64,000 bases of DNA from Eledone cirrhosa. Taxonomy: Eukaryota. Both the position numbers and the translations under genes were made by a program. The notes beneath the pieces are model-generated. The model searched no databases, was not told where the DNA came from, and saw only the letters and a program-made list of their open reading frames with translations. Shown one piece after another: positions 32,946-47,831 of this stretch (position 1 is the stretch's first letter; every line of letters begins with the position of its first letter). The DNA is taken from the NCBI GenBank assembly GCA_964016885.1, contig OZ024740.1, forward strand, positions 252,898,001-252,962,000. The letters run 5' to 3'.

Positions 32946-33522
32946 CCTTCCAGCCACCCAATTCCTCAATTCCTTAATTCTATCGTATTCTCCAATTCCT
33001 TAATTCTATCGTATTCTCAAAACAAAACGAAATCCTTCCCATTCTACTTCTTATAAATTCCTTTAAATATATATTATGCTACTTCGAAAGTCAAATCCCG
33101 CTTCTACACCCAGGCCCCCTTCAACCTCCATCTACTCCACGAGGGACTGCGGTCAGCCACTCTCTCTCCCCCTCCCTCTCTCTCTTAGCTACATATATAT
33201 ATATATATATAAGATAAATTCCCCCTTCATGGTTAATCACTTTCGCCAATTCATTGCTGCTTCAATTCAGTGCTGTTTCCTAATACGGTGTACCCATGTA
33301 ATCGTAACGTACACATTTTTCTATCTACTCCACGCTTCAATTTCGTACCTAGTCCAAACATCCAATCTCGCAAAATCCGAAATCTGTATTTTTTGTTATT
33401 TATTTATTTATTTATTTATGTTAAATACGGTTGTTTTTGTCGTATTGAACAGAACAAATCTTGCATTTTTGCTTTTTGTTAATCGCTTAAACATTCATAA
33501 CCTTCCAGCTAGCTACCCCACA

Positions 33523-33634
33523 CCCCGCCCCCACACACCACCATTCTTAATACGTGGACCAATCATAAGCCAGAGCCCCCACCCACCCACGCATCACCAT
33601 TATTATTATTACGCGGACCAATCATAAGCCAGAG
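33523..33634. promoter_or_regulatory. Candidate promoter: GC box plus two CCAAT boxes in a 20-bp direct repeat
   Basis: ccccgccccc at 33523; ggaccaatcataagccagag at 33556 and 33615; CpG-richer non-repeat context. Confidence 0.4.
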
Positions 33635-33913
33635 GCCTATACTATCGCTTGCCCGGTTGCCTTCGATATATGATGGATGGATGGATGGACTGCGGAATCC
33701 TGGAGAGTGGAAGGGAGAGAAAAATCTGGACGCTCAGAGCGAAAATGCCAAAGTTAAAGTCAAATTCACCTCGTGGACGAGAATGCGAGCACTCCTCTTT
33801 GTTTCGTCCGCGGATGGCTAACATAACCCCATCTCCCCCCCCCCCCCCCCCCCCACCGCCCCCACCCTCCAAACGCAATCCAAAACTTCAGAGTTGGTAC
33901 CATAAATGTAGGC

Positions 33914-34113
33914 NNNNNNNNNNNNNNNNNNNNNNNNNNNNNNNNNNNNNNNNNNNNNNNNNNNNNNNNNNNNNNNNNNNNNNNNNNNNNNNNNNNNNNN
34001 NNNNNNNNNNNNNNNNNNNNNNNNNNNNNNNNNNNNNNNNNNNNNNNNNNNNNNNNNNNNNNNNNNNNNNNNNNNNNNNNNNNNNNNNNNNNNNNNNNNN
34101 NNNNNNNNNNNNN
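33914..34113. other. Assembly gap (200 N)
   Basis: N run. Confidence 1.
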
Positions 34114-35482
34114 TACACACATATATAATATATATACACACATATATATATATACACACATATATATAATATATACACACATATATATACCACCATATAT
34201 ATATATACACATATATATATACACATATATATACACATATATATACAAATATATATATATATACACATATATATATATATACAACATATATATATACACA
34301 TATATATATACACATATATATATATACACACATATATATATATAACACATATATATATATACACATATATATATATACACATATATATATACACACATAT
34401 ATATATATACACATATATATATATACACATATATATATATACACATATATATATATATATACACATATATATATATACACATATATATATATACACATAT
34501 ATATATATACACATATATATATATACACACATATATATATATACACATATATATATATACACATATATATATATATATACACATATATATATATATACAC
34601 ATATATATATATAACACATATATATATATACACATATATATATATATACACATATATATATATATACACATATATATATATATACACATATATATATATA
34701 TACACATATATATATATACACATATATATATATATACACATATATATATATATATACACATATATATATATATACACATATATATATATATACACATATA
34801 TATATATATACACATATATATATATATATACACATATATATATATATACACATATATATATATACACATATATATACACATATATATATATATACACATA
34901 TATATATACACATATATATATACACACATATATATATATACACATATACACACATATATATATATACACATATATATATACACACATATATATAATATAC
35001 ACATATACACACATATATATATATATACACATATATATATATACACATATATACACATAAATATATACACATATATATACATACACATATAAATATACAT
35101 ACACACATATATATATATACATATATATATATATACACATATATATATATACACATATATATATATACACATATATATATATACACATATATATATATAC
35201 ACATATATATATATACACATATATATATATACACATATATATATATATACACATATATATATATATACACATATATATATATATACACATATATATATAT
35301 ATACACATATATATATATATACACATATATATATATATACACATATATATATATATACACATATATATATATATACACATATATATATACACATATATAT
35401 ATATATACACATATATATATATATACACATATATATATATATACACATATATATATATATACACATATATATATATATACAC

Positions 35483-35563
<81 letters not shown>

Positions 35564-38500
35564 CACATATATATATATATATACACATATATATATATAC
35601 ACATATATATATATATACACATATATATATATATATATACACATATATATATATATATATACACATATATATATATATATATACACATATATATATATAT
35701 ACACACATATATATATATACACACATATATATATATATACACACATATATATATATATACACATATATATATATATACACACATAGATATATATATATAC
35801 ACATATATATATATATACACACATGGTGGCTGCCAACTCGTTTTCGAGTACGGCCACTACTTTATATCCATGTAGGAGAACCCCTACCGATGCGCTAAAC
35901 GAGTGACTTTTTAGTCCAGCCAGCGACTTGAAAACTCTGGTACAAACACTACACTTGTGACAATTATTGACACATAGTGCTGGGCCCATGGTACCATGTG
36001 ACGACAAGTGCAGAGAGATCTCCAGATATAAAGCAATGCCTGTGCCGTGAAGCTTTTATAGTGAGCAAAGGCACTGCACAAAGCCAGTCCCACTCTCTTA
36101 ACCAAGATGATATTTACCAAAAAGAAGAACAAGTCAACATCATTGGATACCATCAGGGTTGCAGGTGTTATATCAGAGTTTTCCTTCTCCTAGAATTCTG
36201 CCTTGACAAAGGCTAAGGGGTCATCTCTCCCAGTGATTTGGGATGGCCATTGACTCTTAAGAGCTCCTTTGCCCTTTGACAGGTTTTGTTTTTAGTCCTG
36301 CAGGATGTCCAAAGTCACCCTCCTCACCAAGAAACCTTGGTGGGGTTGCCAGTTTAGTCGCCAACGACCCGACCATGAGACACACATATATATATATATA
36401 CACACATATATATATACACACACATATATATATACCCACACATATATATATACACACACATATATATATACACACACATATATATATATACACACATATA
36501 TATATATACACACATATATATATATACACACATATATATATATACACACATATATATATATACACACATATATATATATACACACATATATATATATACA
36601 CACATATATATATACACACATATATATATACACACATATATATATACACACATATATATATACACACATATATATATACACACATATATATATACACATA
36701 TATATATATATATACACATATATATATATATATACACATATATATATATACACATATATATATATACACATATATATATATATACACACATATATATATA
36801 TACACACATATATATATATACACACATATATATATATACACACATATATATATATATACACACATATATATATATACACACATATATATATATACACATA
36901 TATATATATACACACATATATATATATATACACACATATATATATATACACACATATATATATACACACATATATATACACACATATATATATATAACAC
37001 ATATATATATATACACATATATATACACATATATATACAAATATATATATATATACACATATATATATATATACACATATATATATACACATATATATAT
37101 ACACATATATATATATACACACATATATATATATACACATATATATATATACACATATATATATATACACATATATATACACACATATATATATATACAC
37201 ATATATATATATACACATATATATATATACACACATATATATATATATATACACATATATATATATACACATATATATATATACACATATATATATATAC
37301 ACATATATATATATACACACATATATATATATACACATATATATATATACACATATATATATATATATACACATATATATATATACACATATATATATAT
37401 ACACATATATATATATACACATATATATATATATACACATATATATATATATATACACATATATATATATATACACATATATATATATATACACATATAT
37501 ATATATATACACATATATATATATATACACATATATATATATATATACACATATATATATATATACACATATATATATATATATACACATATATATATAT
37601 ATACACATATATATATATATACACATATATATATATATACACATATATATATATATACACATATATATACACATATATATATATATATACACATATATAT
37701 ATACACATATATATATACACACATATATATATATACACATATACACACATATATATATATACACATATATATATACACACATATATATATATACACATAT
37801 ACACACATATATATATATATACACATATATATATATACACATATATACACATAAATATATACACATATATATACATACACATATAAATATACATACACAC
37901 ATATATATATATACATATATATATATATACACATATATATATATACACATATATATATATACACATATATATATATACACATATATATATATACACATAT
38001 ATATATATACACATATATATATATACACATATATATATATATACACATATATATATATATACACATATATATATATATACACATATATATATATATACAC
38101 ATATATATATATATACACATATATATATATATACACATATATATATATATACACATATATATATATATACACATATATATATACACATATATATATATAT
38201 ACACATATATATATATATACACATATATATATATACACATATATATATATATACACATATATATATATATACACATATATATATATACACATATATATAT
38301 ATATACACATATATATATATATACACATATATATATATATACACATATATATATATACACACATATATATATATATATACACATATATATATATACACAT
38401 ATATATATATACACATATATATATATACACATATATATATATACACATATATATATATACACATATATATATACACATATATATATATACACATATATAT

Positions 38501-38900
38501 ATATACACATATATATATATACACATATATATATATACACATATATATATATACACATATATATATATACACATATATATATACACACATATATATATAC
38601 ACATATATATATACACATATATATATATATACACATATATATATATATATACACATATATATATACACATATATATATACACATATATATATACACATAT
38701 ATATATACACATATATATATACACATATATATATACACATATATATATATATATACACATATATATATATATACACATATATATATATATACACATATAT
38801 ATATATATACACATATGTATACACACATATATATACACATATATATATACACATACACATACATATACACATACATATACACATACATACATATATATAC
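34114..38900. repeat. (CACATATATATA..)n satellite-like microsatellite
   Basis: Direct reading. Confidence 0.96.
35823..36381 (-). mobile_element. Non-autonomous RTE-derived short element, copy 3 (5'-truncated by ~50 nt)
   Basis: Homologous to 20083-20643. Confidence 0.8.
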
Positions 38901-39049
38901 AGAGAGAGAGACAGTATTTTCCACTGTCTTTCACCAGTATCTGATGAATGTTTGAAATTGTTTTTAGAGATAGATGAGAGTAGTCCATATTTATATTGGC
39001 TGAGCCCATTACATCTTCTCCAGTACTGGTGCAATGATAAAATATACAT

Positions 39050-39175
39050 ACTACGCTCTGCAAAGTGGTTGGTGTTGGAAGGACATCCAGTCGTAGACAC
39101 TATGCCGAACATGGAATATATGAGTAAGGTGCAATTTGTCCAACCCATTCATAAATGGAAAACTGACAAAATAAT
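39050..39175 (+). mobile_element. Decayed SINE/RTE-type 3' segment
   Basis: gtggttggtgttggaaggacatccagtcgtaga...gtccaacccat resembles the RTE-B 3' UTR (62008-62130). Confidence 0.55.
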
Positions 39176-39362
39176 TAAAGTTATTTTACTAAATCCTGCA
39201 AATTCAAATGAATTGAAAATAATAGTCGATGTCTTTCATAAGAAATATGGTCACAAAGGGTTAAATCTTTAAAAATAGTGTGGTAATAAAGTTAATGAGT
39301 AGAAATAATAGATTTTGAATAACCCCATAATAAATGGTCTGAGTCGTTAATACTGTTACCAA

Positions 39363-42300
39363 TGTGAGGCTGCCATGGAGTAATGTGATTGGGGGAATTG
39401 ATCCTTGAGATAAGGGATGGGGCGTGTGGGACTGCCGTGGGTGCGATTACCGGAAGTTTGGGGATGCCTGACCGGAAGGACTAGTGATGTCACATGAGGG
39501 TCAGGGGCTTCTGACCAGCCCTTTTCGCTACCGAGTTTTCGCTACCGAGTTGCATGGTGTGAAGTGAGACTGCGAGAGGCTCTGATATGCCAAAGTTGGA
39601 TGTACCGCACGTGGACGGTGGAACAATTCAGGCCAAAGTGAATCAAAGATGCAAGGTAAGTCTGAATGCATCTGGTTACAAGCTATTTCGGTGTTTAAAA
39701 ACTTTAAAGACTTTTTCCCATCTTTCGGCATTCTTACTCCCGGCAGCATTTTTTTTTTCTTTCCTTCTTTCTTTGAGTATTGTAGACTTTTCCCATCTCA
39801 CAAAAGAGATGGCGGCGAAACTGAGAATGAGTAGCGAGGTGATCAAAGCCTTTAACGGGGAGATGTCGTTGCCTGGTTGAGGAAAGTTAGATTGTTTGCC
39901 ATGCTGCAAAGTATTGAGAATGTGGGGCTGGCTTAATCGTTCTCTATCTCGAGGAGATGCACTGGCATTATACCTTGAGATGAACGCAGAGAAGATAGAA
40001 CAACGTCTTAAGGAAGCGTTCACCGAAGGGCCTTATGCTGCTTTTGTCAAGCTAAGCAAAGCAATGGATGGGAGAACACATGGACATATTTGCAATGGAA
40101 TTACATCGGTTGGCTACGCTGGCTGGATTCATAGTATACTGCGAAAGTGCCATGCAGGTAGCGTTTGTGAACGGTTCCCCGATTAGATGTTGGCAAGCCT
40201 CCAACAGCTGCCTGGCAACAGAGAGATGAGCATGAGCGAGCTAATCGCGGAGGCCCGCATAGTAACACAAGCCGCAAAGAGGAATGTTGCAGCGCTAGCA
40301 GTCACAGAAGCCCATAGCAGTCGACAGCGATCGACGAATGATGAAAGAAGAACAGCCACTGTGAATATTCGTCCATGTACATTCAGAGGCCGGTGCTTCA
40401 GGTGCCAGGGCCTGCATATGGCAAGGGACTACAGAGAGCCGAAGCTAGACAATCTGTTACCGATGTAAGCGGCCAGGCCACATCGCCAATAATTGCAACC
40501 AGGGAAATAGTCCAAGGGGGGGCTACTGTGCCGGCAGCCACCCCTGGAAGCAAGTTGAGATACCCTTGCAATCACTGCCCATAGTGGAAGTTCTGGTGAG
40601 GGGGAAGCCACCATGAACCGTCATGGACACAGGCTACACAACATTAGTGACCGTGGAGGTGGTTAAAAAAATGGAGCGGGATGAGTAAGTTAAGGGCAGT
40701 CGACGGCACAGAGATTAGATGCAGAGTTAATAGTGAGGTGGAGATGGTGGTAAGAGGAAGAAAAATAAGGATCTGGGCGATCGTGATGTTCCACGTGGTG
40801 GACAGAATCGATGTAGTAATAGGTATGGATGTGACTGGCTGCTTAGGAGGCGTTACAGTAAGTGAAGTCAGGGTAATGTTTGGTAGCGCGGAAACATCAT
40901 GCGCCGTGAGTATGCAACAGGAGAACACGGAGATCTACAAAGAAAAACATGCCACTTACACCATACAAGACAAAGATTTTAGGGCTGTGTTCGATGGGCG
41001 ACGATGGGTAGTCGAGTAGTACTGGAAAGGATAACCACCAATGCTGAAGAATAGAGTGGGCTGTTAGCAGTATACCTTGAAAGGAGATGCCAGAAGAGAG
41101 CTTGAGGGAGAGGTACAGAGATGGATCAAGAAGGGTATACTGATTCCTTGGAAGGAGGAGGTAAAGTGTGGAGTGTTGCCGTTAATGGCAGTAGTGCAGC
41201 CCATAAAGAACAAGGTTAGGCTGGTGTTGGACTTTCGTGAACTGAATGAACAAGTGTCATGCTACACAGGGAAACCTTGCAAGAGTGGAAACAAATAACA
41301 AGGGCCTCCACGATTGTTGACTTAAATTCGGCATATCTACAGCTTCACCTAGATGAGAAGCTGTGAAAGTATCAATTGGTCAGGTATAAGGGCCAGACAT
41401 ACTTCCTGAACAGGCTTGGTTTCGGGTTGAACTCTGCACCAAAAATCATGGCGATGGCCCACAAGGTCATTCTGGGGAAAGCAGACAAGATGAAGAGAGC
41501 CACCAACTACTACATCGATGACAACTTGGCAGACGAGATGGTGGTCTCAGCAGCAGAGGTCTCAAGCCCCTTGGGAAGGTTCGGGTTGACCGTGAAACTG
41601 CCGGAGGTGATGGAGGGAGGAGCTGCACTTGGACTCAAGCTGCAAACAGACAAGAAGGGCACACTGGTGTTTCGGAGGGAAAACGAAGTCCCGGAACTGG
41701 GCCCCGACATGAATAGACGGAAACTCTTCTCAGTGTGTGGTAAATTGGTGGGCCACTATCCGATTGCAGGGTGGCTGCGGACGGGGTGAGCTGGGGTGAC
41801 AGGGTAGAAGAGAGAACAGTGGCCATGATGCAGGAGATAGTGGGGAGGGTAAAGGCAGATGACCCAGTAAGAGGATGCTGGTACGTCCCCAAATCGGAGA
41901 GTGGGACCGTATGGTGCGATGCCAGCAGCATAACACTAGGGATCACTCTGAGATAGGGGGCATCGAGGTCGAGGATGCAGCCTGGCTCAGGAAGGGGTAC
42001 TGCAGCCCACATCAATATGGCCGAACTGGACGCTGTGCTGAGAGGAATGAATCTCACCCCGAGATGGGGGCTGCGCACTATAGAGATCCGCACTGACTCA
42101 GTCACTGTACTCAGATGGGTGAGGTCAGTGCTTACCATTGAGAAGAGGGTGCAAATGAGAGGGGCAGCAGAAATGTTGATAAAACGCTGCCTAGGAACTC
42201 TAGGAGAGCTGTCTACCAAGTTCAGCCTGAAATTGAGTGTAGTCTTCATACCTTCAGAGAAAAATAGGGCAGACATTAACGAGGGTGAAGAAAGCCTGGC

Positions 42301-43045
42301 TGGAAGCCCCAGAGGATGTGGAAATGGAGGGAAATGAAGACAGGAACTATAGAGGAAATCGCGTGGATGCTAAGAGAGATATTCTTGGAGCAGGACCGTG
42401 TATGAACTGCTGATGGGCAACAGCACGGCGTTTCGCTTGGAGATGCTTGACAAGTGGAAGGTGAACCACTTCTTCAGAGCGGCATACAGGCTGAGCGGAG
42501 ATAGGATCGTGGAGAGACACCTTCGCACAATCAAGGCCATGGCAGAAAGGGGCCACATTTCACCAATGGAGGCAGTGTTTTGGTACAACATGTCTCCTTG
42601 GGTGGGACAGGCCAAGGAGTCGGTGCCTCACAGGGCAATATACAGATACGAATGGCGACACCTGTGCACGGTACCACAGCAGCCGGTGGAGAGAGAGAAC
42701 GAATTCGTACAAGTGGACGAAGAGGTCTGAGTCAAGCCCCTGAACACGTGTTGCACATCTCAATAGGGAAAGGAAACGACCGTAAATTCTCAAAACAACG
42801 TGTCTGTGGACGGAATGCCACGTCACGTCTTGGGCATCCGTAGAATAGTTGATATGACGGCCTCCGAGGAAAAGGAAAACGAAAGCGCCGCCACAACAGT
42901 GCGGAGATCGCAACGGGACTGCCGAAAACCCAGGTGGATGACGGATTTTGACATGGAGTAATGTGATGGGGGGATTGATCCTCGAGATCAGGGATGGGGT
43001 GTGTGGGACTGCCGTGGGGGAGATGGCTGGAAATTGGGGGACGCT
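39363..43045 (+). mobile_element. Decayed Gypsy-like LTR retrotransposon (gag-PR-RT-RH-IN); 5' LTR 39425-39802, 3' LTR truncated (starts 43002)
   Basis: CFRCQGLH knuckle, MDTG protease, RLVLDFRELN, GFGLNSAP, YIDD, WCDAS..ELDAV..RTDS..NRAD, IVERHLRTIK; LTR ends TGTGGGA..TCTCACA; purine tract before 43002; many stops and frameshifts. Confidence 0.88.
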
Positions 43046-43519
43046 CCCTCTCTCCATTCCGTTTTCGGAAAAAATGTTGATTGCGAGCATATCGGAGGTC
43101 AGAAGGTCCCTCCTCCCCCGCCTCCGTTTTTGGAAAAAGTAGTCGTTTGTGAGTCGGATACTAGATCGGTTGAAAACAAACGAAAAACCCTAGAAAAGAA
43201 AAAAATTCCCACCGAAGAAAACTGAGGCTGGGAAAATCCGAGTCTCCTCCCCACATTCCGTTTCCGGGAAAACCGAAGAAAACTCCGAGGAGGCGGGGTG
43301 GTTATCTGGAGAGGAAGTCACCCACCCCACCTCCTCCGTGGAAAAAAAGTCGATTGCGAGCATCCTGGATTAGTTGATAGCACACGAGAAAAAAAAAAAA
43401 AAAAAAAAAAAAAAACGCGAAAATATTTTTAGTCTCGCTGAAATCGAGTGGAGAAGGGTCTAAAATTTACCCATTTTCCCCCCATAGAAATCGAAAGGGG
43501 AGTTCTATAATAATACTAT

Positions 43520-43700
43520 AATTTCTAATTTAGGCACAAGTCCAACAGTTTGTGATGGGGAAAATCGATTATATCGTCCCTAGTTCTTGACTAGTACTTC
43601 ATTTTATTGAGTCCGCCTCCAAACAAAATAATAATAATAATAAAAAGCAAAGTTGACCTGGGTCGGGTTTGAGCTGAGAAGAAATTAGTCGTGTGCTAGA
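43520..43700 (-). mobile_element. Decayed tRNA-derived SINE
   Basis: Diverged homologue of 58624-58812. Confidence 0.6.
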
Positions 43701-43748
43701 AGGGCGATCGGTAAACAAGATTGTAGGGTATTAATGAAGCATGGCTTT

Positions 43749-43804
43749 ATAAAGTACCAGTAATGTACTGTGTAATTGATGGCCTTGTGCCAAATGTAGA
43801 AACA
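43749..43804 (+). mobile_element. 5'-truncated SINE 3' end with 19-bp target-site duplication
   Basis: attaatgaagcatggcttt at 43730-43748 and 43805-43823 flanks a sequence matching 58752-58808. Confidence 0.85.
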
Positions 43805-44254
43805 ATTAATGAAGCATGGCTTTGTTAACTTTGAAACAAAAAAAGAAAATGAAAAAAGGTGAGGCTTTTCTGACATATCTAGAATAACATCAGCGGAGAA
43901 AGAAGGAAGAGAAGTGTGGACAGGTAAAAAAACTCAGCTATTTCTAGATTAATTGTTTCAATATATAACTTTCTTCCATACATATATCTACAAGTGGTTT
44001 TATCAGAGAAAGCCAAGCTGATAAGAAATATTACGTTTTCGATCGTAAACTTCGGCTTTTTATATTTGTTTCTAATTTTTATTTTTATTATTTAATTATT
44101 AATAACATTATAAATTGCTCGCGATTCTTTCAGAAAGAGATATTCTTTTAATGTTACAATATTAAAGAAAATGTAAAGGAAGGGGTGAATAACCGAGCCA
44201 ACGCCAGAGCAAAAGGCAGCTGTGAGGGGTACTGGGCAACCTCTCTAATGATTT

Positions 44255-44490
44255 TTTAGGCAAGCCAGTACGCTCGGGTGATGGCGAGGCTAATGCGCTG
44301 GAACAACCAAGCGCACTCGCGAGATTCGCCAGTTACCTCTAATAGGCGAGGAGCCTCGCAGTCAGCGGCTCGACTCCCCCCAAAGTCTCGAAAGTCACAG
44401 GCTGAAAAATGTAGCTGGCCGACAGATCACAGTATTTGAGAGTCTTACTCCGCTCGGCAGCGGCTCTTGTCCTAACCGCAGCACCCAAGA
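44255..44490 (-). mobile_element. CRE-like non-LTR fragment (RLE C-terminus)
   Basis: Manual translation: AAAERSKTLKYCDLSASYIFQPVTFETLGG ... VTGESRECAWLFQRISLAI. Confidence 0.7.
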
Positions 44491-45753
44491 TGTATTATAT
44501 TGTGTATATTTTCATTCTGTAAGAATTTGTAATGTTATTTATACAATTGTGACTATTGAAACGAGAATAAAACTATTTGTCTGCTCAATGTTTTAAGAAG
44601 AACGATAAAAATATAGGATTATAATTTGAAAATAAAAAAATTACTTTAGTGAATACCCCAAATAGTTACATACGTGTGAAAGATGAAAACATTTCAACGT
44701 GACGGTGAGACTTGTTAGGAGTAATAGGTAAATTTCTTATCAAATTACACCCTGCCGGTTTAAATAAAAGTAAAATAAGGACACAGTTAACGAAATCCTA
44801 GATACACCATAAAACAAGGGGCGAATGGTCACAGCTGGAATGCTTTTCATCATAAGTAGGTCTCTTCGATCAGGGTTGGTTCAGAAACATTTCACGTTGA
44901 GTGGTTCCGTTTGTATCATGACAAATAAATGGGTGTGGATAGTTAGCTAATTAGTCACCAACATACCTGAAGTCAAACACTTAATACTAACTAACTTCTA
45001 AAAGCGAAACATATTCGGGTTCAAAGGGAGTGTTAAGGAAGGGTTATTTAAAACTTATTACTTGTTGTCTTTTCGCCACGCTGCTGTTAAAAGTAAAGGG
45101 AATTTAGTAATTTCACCAATGAGGTGAGAACGCATTAATAGATTACAACAAATTTGGTGCAATATCTTGTCAAATTAACTCAAAACAGAAAAGAAAAATA
45201 AGAAACTGTTAAGGAAACAAAGATAAAAGATAGAAGAGGGGAGAAAGAGTTGTAAAAAAGCCAATAGATCCATATTAAAAATCGATACCTGATAAAATCC
45301 GTTGGAAGGTCGCGGTATCCATATCACAGAGTCCCTGGATATCTTATTACAAAATATATTAAGACAATAATTGCTTTGTTTTCGACACACTGCAACGATA
45401 ACGTTTCCCTTCTTTCTTTTTTTTTTGTTTCATTAATTATATTATGTATATATAAATATAAGATATAATTTTCTTCGTGAAAAGTTCTGGTCAGGAACAA
45501 ATTTGCAATAGATTCGTCGTGGATTCATTCATAGTCATGACCGCAGCAGTCGAAGTACAATGAATAAATAATACAAAGCACACACACATCTATCTATCTA
45601 TCTCCACGCAGAGAAAAGCAAAAAGAAAGTTAATGTAGAGCACGTGACCTAGGCGAGTGACTAGACTTATTTGTTGTCAACTAAAATGTGTTAGATAACG
45701 CGAGTTATTTTCCAAGTGGGGCACTACTTTCTATGGAATCTCATAAGTGAAAT

Positions 45754-45828
<75 letters not shown>

Positions 45829-46008
45829 TAAGAACAATGAATAAAAACAAAGAAACAGTTCCTTATATTAAAAAATTCATCATTTTACGATCGTTTCTAG
45901 GATATATATGTGTGTGTTGGTATATATATCATATAGATCTATGTAAAACATTTTACAAACTATCAGAGGGAATATACATACCTACACATATATATGCTGT
46001 CTTCAGAA

Positions 46009-46164
46009 ATAATTGTTTCTACTTTAGGCACAAGGCCAGCAATAACCCAGTGCATTACTGGTACTTTATTTTATCGACCCCGTAAGGATGAAAGGCAAAG
46101 TCAACCTCGGCGGGATATGAACTCAGAAAGCATGGCGTCCGACCCTCTACCGATACTGCCAATA
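46009..46164 (-). mobile_element. tRNA-derived SINE (internally deleted)
   Basis: Reverse complement matches 58630-58810; A and B boxes retained. Confidence 0.85.
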
Positions 46165-46869
46165 TGATATTTGTTCATTGAAAAAAAAACAACAAAGATT
46201 TAATATAATAGGTCTGTTTGGGAACAGGTTTTGAATTGACCAATAGAAAAGTAGTAAATGGTCAAGTTGATAGAATAGTAGCAGTAGAAATTTAATTTAG
46301 GGGTAGAGGAATGCAGACTTCAGTTTTGAATGGAAAGAATATTTTGAATGAAAAGATTACTTTGGGATGAAAAGAGGTCAAGCCGGTGAAAGGTACACGA
46401 AAATTTGATGTTATTAAAGAATAATGCTAATGTTAAAATCGAAGGAGAATAAAATTTTAGGATAAATGTGTTAGTGAGAAATACCAATCTTATTTAAAAC
46501 ATAAGGAATTTAGATCTATAAAAAGAAATTAAATTAATTTAATTGATAGGTATACTTATAGGGATAAATTTATATTAATTCATATAGATGTGATAAATAA
46601 GAGTTAGATGTTATTAAAGAATGTTGTTAAAAACGTTGGAAAAAATTATTGGGGGGGGGGGATAACAAACTTATATAGACTACAAGGAATTTAGATTCAT
46701 AACAGGAAATTAAAATAGTTTATATATATACTTATAGGTATTAATTTTAGGAAAAGATAGCTGTAAAAGGGAAATAAAATTATGAAGTTCTCAGTAGTAA
46801 AATACTAATTATAGGTTAACTAAATTTAAAAAAAACTAATTATAATAATTTGTAAAATATAAGTGTATA

Positions 46870-47670
46870 TTAATTAGGTTTATAATATTTGAAAGTTCTT
46901 CTAATTCTATGATTGCACGATATAATTAATTCTTGTCGCTTATTTAATAGGATATCCTTAGATTTCATTATTTCAAAAAGTTCCTGGGAACATAATCTAC
47001 ACTCATATCTGTTATTTTGATAAGGGGTGGCCCTTTTGAGCACACTCCAGGTCAGGTTATAATCGATATTCTTTTTTCTATAATTATTAATTATTTCAGC
47101 CAAGGATGTTGTATTAGCTAATGCGGCATTTTTAAAACTGTGTTTGTGGGTATTAAATCTTACTTCAAATTTCTTAGAAGTAGCTCCTATATATGAATAA
47201 GTTGAGTCCTTAGTGCTAATTTTACATTTATATACTATGTTATTAAAAAGGCAATTTACTTTTAATGGGCAATTTGCTTTGTTTCTACAGTTACAACCTT
47301 TCCTGAATATTATATCAGGGGAGTTAGTCAAATTAGGTGTGGAATTTACTCGACTTGTTGTATGTGAAGGAGATGGTGGTTTGCTGTGGTTTATTTTAGT
47401 ATTATAGTTAGTTTGATGTGTTGGTGGTATATTCATGTTTTTTTTTAACATTTATATGCATTGTAGGCACTTATATTTTGTTGTATATTTTTGGTAGTGG
47501 AGTAGGAAAATTTGACCGTTGATCTATTTAAAATTTGATGGTATTTAGGGTTTGGCGGGAAGTTTTTCTCTAGAATAGTAAAAAAAAATTTAGGGATATT
47601 ATCTTTAATTTGTAGATTAAATGGAGCATTATATCAAGTAAATCGTCTTCGATGGTGTTTTTTTATTTTT
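46870..47670 (-). pseudogene. PLE 3' fragment (family E): CxC linker + GIY-YIG
   Basis: CNCRNKANCPLKVNCL, NIVY..YIGAT, RFNTH, CRLCSQE, CNH. Confidence 0.85.
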
Positions 47671-47831
47671 ATACGATGTATATATATATATATATATATT
47701 TAAAAGTTAAACAAGGTTCAATGAATACATCAAAGAATGAGTTTTACAATAGATTGGAAGCACTCAACTACTCTAACTACCATGACTGAATCTTAACCAT
47801 CTACTATGTCAGGGTATGTCATGCATCATCT

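Noticed and set aside
43882-43923. Possible small + strand exon (AG...CAG|GTAAAA)
   Set aside because: Weak acceptor and no partner exons.
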